Source: Candidatus Bathyarchaeia archaeon (GTDB lineage: Archaea; Thermoproteota; Bathyarchaeia; Bathyarchaeales; Bathycorpusculaceae). Taken from it: 28,100 nucleotides of DNA. Below are positions 27,521-28,100 of the stretch, piece after piece. Each line of letters starts with the position of its first letter. The first letter of the stretch is position 1. The position numbers and the translations under genes are program-made. Under the pieces are notes generated by a model, which had not been told where the DNA came from, ran no database searches, and saw only the letters and a list, made by a program, of their open reading frames with translations. Location of the stretch: NCBI GenBank assembly GCA_049969855.1, contig JBMFOB010000016.1, forward strand, positions 1 to 28,100. Reading direction: 5' to 3'.

Positions 27521-28100
27521 ATGAATGACTGGCGCCTGCTAAAACTGGAAACCCACAACGCTTACACAAATATGGCTATTGATGAAGCCATTTTAACCGC
27601 AAGAATACATAACCTTATTCCAAACACAATAAGATTTTATCGTTGGAAACCTTCCGCCGTTTCAATTGGAAAATTCCAAAACATCCAAAACGAAGTAAAC
27701 ATCGAAAACTGCAAGAAATACGGCGTCGACGTTGTTAGACGAATAACAGGAGGAGGCACAGTTTACCACGACGCAGAAGGCGAAATCACATACAGCATAA
27801 TCGCAGACAAAAAAGACCTAAAAGCCAAAGACATAACAGAAGTTTACCAAAAAATTTACGCTGGAATAGCAGAAGCCCTAAAAATTTTAGGCATAAACGC
27901 AGACTTCAACCAAGGCAATGCAAAAGCATGTCCAAACCTAACAGTTAATGGCAAAAAAATTTCTGGAAGCGCCCAATCCCACAAAAGAGGTATAGTCCTC
28001 CAACACGGCACACTCTTATTAGACGTGAATCTTGAAAAAATGTTCACTTTTCTACATGTTCCATGGGCAAAAACATGCATGGAAATCTTAACAATTGCAA
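27521..28100 (+). CDS. Lipoate-protein ligase A family protein (partial, runs off the right edge; absent from the ORF track)
   Basis: Manual translation from ATG 27521: MNDWRLL...NMAIDEAIL...RFYRW.P..VSIG.FQ...RRITGGGTVYHD...KKISGSAQ...LQHGT. Confidence 0.92.
   Translation, partial: MNDWRLLKLETHNAYTNMAIDEAILTARIHNLIPNTIRFYRWKPSAVSIGKFQNIQNEVNIENCKKYGVDVVRRITGGGTVYHDAEGEITYSIIADKKDLKAKDITEVYQKIYAGIAEALKILGINADFNQGNAKACPNLTVNGKKISGSAQSHKRGIVLQHGTLLLDVNLEKMFTFLHVPWAKTCMEILTIA

Noticed and set aside
27856-28080. 74 aa minus-strand ORF
   Set aside because: Antisense to the clearly recognisable lipoate-protein ligase.
1-28100. CRISPR array, rRNA, tRNA or integrase
   Set aside because: No regularly spaced repeats, RNA gene signatures or recombinase motifs were seen by eye.

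Overview
Archaeal genomic window, probably TACK and plausibly Bathyarchaeia-like (inferred from the archaeal rps12/rps7/EF-1alpha, short-form XPF, ApgM and IorAB). The left 16.7 kb is mostly housekeeping and catabolism: M50-CBS protease, ApgM, USP, GT4, a CoA-transferase pair, a degenerate LeuA-family protein, nitroreductase, Nth, ACAD, EamA, Hbd, Crt and IorAB. It also holds two relics, a PfkB C-terminal fragment and a TFB-like zinc-ribbon ORF. From 16.7 to 23.6 kb lies a defence island. It contains a BsaWI-like REase with a DNA methyltransferase carrying an N-terminal DCD-like domain, then XPF, then a Type IIG REase-MTase fusion with a compositionally foreign specificity region. The most interesting object is a ~640 bp cassette (19979-20655). 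It carries a frameshift-split small RNase H-fold (DUF3800-like) gene and a convergent, overlapping ~105 nt GC-rich multi-stem RNA candidate with its own TATA box. The cassette is bounded by a 41 bp direct repeat that duplicates the 3' end of the Type IIG gene. The right end has EF-1alpha, a DRG-type GTPase, rps7, rps12 and a partial lipoate-protein ligase. All family calls come from motif recognition by eye; no searches were run.
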